DNA of 64,000 nt. Source: Psammoneis japonica (taxonomy: Eukaryota). The DNA is taken from positions 434,001 through 498,000 of the forward strand of contig QPGO01000044.1 in the NCBI GenBank assembly GCA_008632985.1, written 5' to 3'. The notes below the pieces were generated by a model. It searched no databases, was not told the DNA's origin, and was given only the letters and a program-made list of their open reading frames with translations. Both the position numbers and the translations under genes were made by a program. The stretch's first letter is position 1; each line of letters begins with the position of its first letter. Shown here in pieces: positions 59,447-64,000 of the stretch.

Positions 59447-59736
59447 TTTGCCGCCATCGTGGGCAGGATGTGCTCGAGTGCTCGAACAAGGGATTGTGCA
59501 CTGTGTGTTCCTTTGGCTCGAACCTCGAACCGACTGACGAGGGTTGACAGAAAGACGTCAGTCATTTGCAGTTCGCAAATCGCGAACACCAATGTTTGAT
59601 CCGTTGCGTTCTACGTACACTCAGTACTGAACCTGCGTACACTGTAAAAGTGGTACGAGATACGTTACGCCGCAAATGACTATGCCCTGCACCAGGCAGT
59701 GCCGCAACCGATAACACAACAAACAGCGCAATAACC

Positions 59737-61854
59737 ATGGTGAAGTTACCGCTGCTGCTCCTCACGGCGGCGGCTTCATCCGTCTATGGTGACATGAAGG
59801 ATCATGTCTATAAAAATGGAGATCATGTGGAATTGTGGGTGAATAAAGTGAGCAAATACAAAAACAAGTTGTTTCTGCAGTGTCGGCTCTTGTGTGCTAT
59901 GATTTTTTTCTCTGTAAGCTTACAGTTACTCTTTCTCTTTCTTAGGTCGGCCCGTATGCCAATCCCCAAGAAGCGTACGAGTATTACACGCTTCCGTATT
60001 GTGCTCCCGATACCAAACACCACCCCGACGCCAAGGATACGGAACGATTCAATGAGCTCAAACCGCACACTCTTGCAGAATCGTTGGGCGGACACGCGTT
60101 GAGGCATTCCGGTCACGATGTTGTCTATGGCAAAAACGAAAAGGAATCCTGCAGCACGACAAAAGCTCTCTCCCAAGAACAAGCCACGCTGTTCCAAAAG
60201 GCCATTCAGCACCGTTGGTTTTATCAAATGTATCTCGATGATTTGCCCGTGTGGGGCATGGTGGGAGAAATGCTTCCTCCCAATTCGTCTCCCAAAATAC
60301 AGGGTGAGCTCGATGATAAGAACCGTCTCGATGCGGTTGCGGATTTGTCGGATCAAGAATCGGAGAATTTGGTCCCTTACATTTACACATCCCGTAATTT
60401 GGAGATTTATTACAATCAAGACCGCATCGTCAAGGTGGATCTGACGAGTGATCCCTCGTCGCTTCAAAAGGTCCAACCGGGCTTGTCCCTCAAGTTTGAA
60501 TTGGATATTTCCTGGCACGCCACCACTGAGAAATTCCATTCCCGCTTTGATCGATACCTTGATCATCAATTCTTTAAACACCAAATCCATTGGTTTTCCA
60601 TTTTCAATTCCTTCATGATGGTCTTGTTCTTGACGGGATTGGTCGCACTCATTTTACTCCGTACTCTCAAAAAGGATTACGCCCGTTATGGACTTGTCCA
60701 TGATTTGGAAAGTGCTTCATCCGCTCAAGATGTGGATGACGATGACGATGAAGCCAAACCGCTTCATCCCGACAGTCACAAGGGACACGGTGGTGGTGCT
60801 GGTACCGAAGATGCGGGTTGGAAACAAGTACACGGTGATGTCTTTCGAGCACCGTCCTATCTCATGCTCTTTGCCGCCCTGCTTGGAACGGGTTGGCAGC
60901 TCATTGTGTTGACGCTGGGTGTCATGTTGTTTGCCGTGAGTGGTCCGTTGCACGGTGCTGTCCATGAAGAGCGTGGTGAGGTCCTTCATGCCATTCTCGT
61001 GTGCTATTCTCTTTCGAGTATCGTCGCGGGATATGCATCGGGACAATTCTTCAAGAGGTATTATCCCACCACGGCGGCAGCACGACGCAGCACACCGGCA
61101 TCGTCGTCGGCGTGGCAAGTCACCATGGGACTCACCATTTGCTTGTTGCCCACCGTGACGGCCACCATTTTGACGATTCTCAATGCCATTTCCTTGGCAT
61201 ACGGGACCATCAATACCATTCCATTCTTGGTGATTGTCAAGCTCTTTTTGCTATGGATTTTTGTTTCCGTTCCACTCTGTGTAGTGGGAACTCTTCTGGG
61301 ACGTCATGCGAGGCTTGCCGGTGGTGGTGGTACGGGAGGCGGCGATGCACAACAATTCTTCCCCTGCCGTGTCAATGCCATTCCCGTCCCATTCCCGAAG
61401 ATGTTCCATGGTATGGCAAACCGTCCGGTTTGATCCCACTGGCGGGTTTGCTTTCGTTTGGATCCATCTTTATTGAACTCTATTACGTCTTGACGTCGTT
61501 GTGGAATTACAAGTTTTATCATGTTTACGGATTCTTGCTTGGCGTGTACGGTATCATGGCCATTGTCGTTTGCATGACGTCCATTATTGTGGTGTACTTT
61601 TGCCTCAATGCCGAAAATTACCATTGGCAATGGACGGCCTTTTTCAGTGGCGCCAGTACGGCGGCCTATGTCTTTGCGTACGGCGTTTATTATTATGCCA
61701 TTAAAACGCAAATGAATGGGTTCTTGCAATTTTCCTTTTACTTTGGATACATGAGCATTATTTCCTTGACGTTGGGATTGCTCTGTGGGACGCTGGGACA
61801 CGTGGCGTCGTCCAAGTTTGTCCGAGCCATTTTCAAAATGTAAAGGTGGATTGA
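59737..61854 (+). CDS. TM9SF3: Transmembrane 9 superfamily protein (EMP70/nonaspanin)
   Basis: Signal peptide; intron 59848-59945 gives WVNK|VGPYANPQEAYEYY; HQIHWFSIFNSFMMV; GWKQVHGDVFR. Restoring one base in homopolymers at ~61384 and ~61832 gives NAIPRPIP and the C-terminus NVKVD. Confidence 0.93.
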
Positions 61855-61906
61855 TGCTCGAAAAGAATTATAATGTGGTGTAGAGGGAATATTAGCATTA
61901 GTTGAA

Positions 61907-62173
61907 ATGATTTGTGTAGTGTTTTGGTGCTTGCCACCCTTTTCTCTCCCAGGAGCAAACCCTGATAATTCAGGATCGGTCAATGAGCCACCCGTTGTCC
62001 CCCCAGTAGGAACGGATTCAGGAATGGTTCCTTATTCAGGATCGGGCATTGGGCAACGTTCGGGTCCTCCTGGATCAAGTCTCGATGATTCGGCGGGAGC
62101 GTTTGCTGGACCCAGTACTCACGCTTCTACGTCTGCTATCCTTTTCATAGTCGTTGCTTCTGCGCTCTTTTGA
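61907..62173 (+). CDS. Short Ser/Gly/Pro-rich ORF with hydrophobic C-terminus (possible GPI-signal-like gene remnant)
   Basis: 88 aa ending STSAILFIVVASALF; no convincing N-terminus. Confidence 0.25.
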   Translation: MICVVFWCLPPFSLPGANPDNSGSVNEPPVVPPVGTDSGMVPYSGSGIGQRSGPPGSSLDDSAGAFAGPSTHASTSAILFIVVASALF

Positions 62174-62745
62174 GTTGTTTTCCGATTGCTTGCGATCGTG
62201 AGCGCTCTCCCGCTTTTTAAACATTAGAATAAACTATGCTAGAAGCCTATGCTTGCCTGCTATCCACTGCATAGTTCTGAACCATCTGCAGTGAAATAAT
62301 TCTAAATGAGGCAATGCTCCCAACCCTTGCCAAACTCGATTTGAATGGAAGGAAACAATAATGCTAGAGTGATGCTCGTTCTAGAGAGAATCTTGCCTCA
62401 TCCTCGATCCCAAAAGAGCACTTTCGAATTATTGACACTGGAATTGGCACTGCCGCGAAACCATGAATGCCTAGCTTCGACAACATATGTTGGACGTGCA
62501 AGCACAACAACAACGATGAGTTATCTTCGGAGAAGGACAGAAAGGGCAAGAGTATCATAGGTAAAAACTCGGTCTCATCCCAAATAAGATTAATCGGCAG
62601 AGAAACGACTTCGCACCATACTGAAGCAAGCCCTGTCTCCAATAGATATCATGTTTGGCTTTCTGTTCCATGTCCTGGTGGTATCTCTCCCTAGCTGTTG
62701 CAATGGTAACATCCTACTATCTTTAGATCTAGGACGAACTTAGCT

Positions 62746-63570
62746 TCATTTGAGACGCAGCTTGTCGACAGTCTCCTTGTAAGTAGCTTCCCGTTCCGAG
62801 ACCCAATCCTGTAGTGAGACCGGGTCTTGCTCCACATAGGTTTCCAATTCCTTCACGGTTGACACCAGCTGGAGGCGACTTGCCAATTTCTTTGGTAAAA
62901 CCAGTTTCTTCCCAATTGCGACTAAATGTTCAACGACGGGAGGAACTTGCACATAAAGCTTGCCCAAACGGACGTGATGAGTCTCTACATCGTGAATTCG
63001 TTTCAGCTTGACCATCAAGCGGCCGTGATCCACGGCCTTACTCACGGTTGTTTTTTCTGTTTCAGAACTGCGAAGAACTACCGCCACACCCCGTCGTGCC
63101 TCCACCATGTCGGCAGCCGAAAGGTCTAACGCCCAAAACCTCATCGCCAGGAATTCTGCTATCTCTTGATCCGTGCCTTTCAAAAGGTATGTTGGTGAGT
63201 GTTGATAGCACCGAGCAAGAACTCGGCGTCCTTCGTTGTCTCGGCGATAATCAAAAATCAAAAATCCCGGCGATTTCTGATTCAGTTTTTCTAGCACAGA
63301 CTTGGGATCTATCTTGTCAAGATCCATTTTCGTCACAATATCCCGGTAGTTGCGAAGTCTCTTCAGAGCCTCATTGAGACGCTTCTCGTCGGCACGTTTA
63401 TCCGTGTCCTTGGCAACACTTTTGCTCACCAAAACATACTTTGCGAGATCAAAAACCGATCCATACTTTAGCCCCTCCTTGTCGCAAGCCTCCTTGAGGC
63501 GAAGGACACTTTCACGTTCCCAGTCTGTCAGCGAGAATCGAGGGTCTTTATCTGTATTAGGCTGTGGCAT
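62746..63570 (-). CDS. Diatom CRAL-TRIO-like protein, intact inverted paralogue of 45498-46323
   Basis: Starts MPQPNTDKDPRFSLTDWERES; high identity to the other copy. Confidence 0.8.
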   Translation of the reverse strand: MPQPNTDKDPRFSLTDWERESVLRLKEACDKEGLKYGSVFDLAKYVLVSKSVAKDTDKRADEKRLNEALKRLRNYRDIVTKMDLDKIDPKSVLEKLNQKSPGFLIFDYRRDNEGRRVLARCYQHSPTYLLKGTDQEIAEFLAMRFWALDLSAADMVEARRGVAVVLRSSETEKTTVSKAVDHGRLMVKLKRIHDVETHHVRLGKLYVQVPPVVEHLVAIGKKLVLPKKLASRLQLVSTVKELETYVEQDPVSLQDWVSEREATYKETVDKLRLK

Positions 63571-63895
63571 GAGTGCAACTTTGTTCTGCAAAAACAAAAG
63601 ACCCTGTATTAGTAGCAATCGAAAGTGACCATTGTGAAAGTCGCTCGGTTTTTGCCGGAGAATTGTGAATTTTTCAATCAACGTTTTCAGAACCTAAGAA
63701 ATTCATAAAAATGGCGCGCTAGAAATCGGATCGTTCCTAATTAAAGTTTAACGCTCGTTTTGAATTTTACTTCAGATACGAAGGAAGCATTTATTTTTGG
63801 AATTTTGGCGAAGAATATTATTTTGATTGGACAGATGCTTTGCCTCCGTCTTTCATTGGTGCTCGACATGATTGTGTAGTGTGTTGGATGGGCTC

Positions 63896-64000
63896 ATGAG
63901 TAACCACCAAAATGTTATAGCAGTTGTCGGCATTGTTGCGGGTGCGGCGGCTCATCAATTTCTCCACGATGTTATACGAGCTTTCGGCGGGCATCACCTC
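63896..64000 (+). pseudogene. 5'-truncated paralogue of the membrane protein at 43280-45125; runs off the window
   Basis: MSNHQNVIAVVGIVAGAAAHQFLHDVIRAFGGHHL vs MSNHRNVKAAVGIVAGVTAYQIFHDIIRAFGGHHL (43806-43910). Confidence 0.8.

Noticed and set aside
61380..61854. Programmed frameshifting or pseudogenisation of TM9SF3 (also 45626, 52020, 52545)
   Set aside because: The TM9SF3 and 45626 shifts are single-base indels in homopolymers of otherwise conserved genes, most simply long-read errors; the Roco shifts are probably the same. Needs read-level confirmation.

Overview
Eukaryotic nuclear DNA, most likely a pennate diatom. Evidence: short GT-AG introns, a bipartite signal plus ASAF-type plastid presequence, and diatom-typical DUF6824-like, DUF4116-like and CRAL-TRIO-like genes. 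The window alternates normal gene islands with six blocks (~1.7-4.0, 6.2-15.1, 17.4-22.3, 27.3-30.6, 48.7-51.0, 56.2-59.4 kb) that have lost most CpG and, unexpectedly, most TpA, both converted to TpG/CpA. These blocks hold a dead Ty3/gypsy element, DNA-transposon relics and dead host genes. Gene islands include a FAD amine oxidase, a cluster of glycan enzymes (four sulfotransferases, GT31, an O-fucosyltransferase, a GT61 relic), a GFAT-like/EF-hand gene, a plastid FNR-like oxidoreductase, an LRR-Roc-COR-TIR receptor and TM9SF3. Top leads: (1) a 2.8-kb insertion without terminal inverted repeats (35106-37928, CAGA duplicated) that splits the GFAT-like gene, encodes a nuclear-targeted endonuclease VII-like protein, and has splice sites at its ends that would restore the host reading frame; (2) the TpA-directed hypermutation of the silenced blocks; (3) a Roco-TIR receptor with a homogenised LRR scaffold and hypervariable binding face; (4) a candidate sulfated-glycan gene cluster. 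Several single-base frameshifts sit in homopolymers and are probably assembly errors. All family assignments are from motif recognition by eye; no searches were run.
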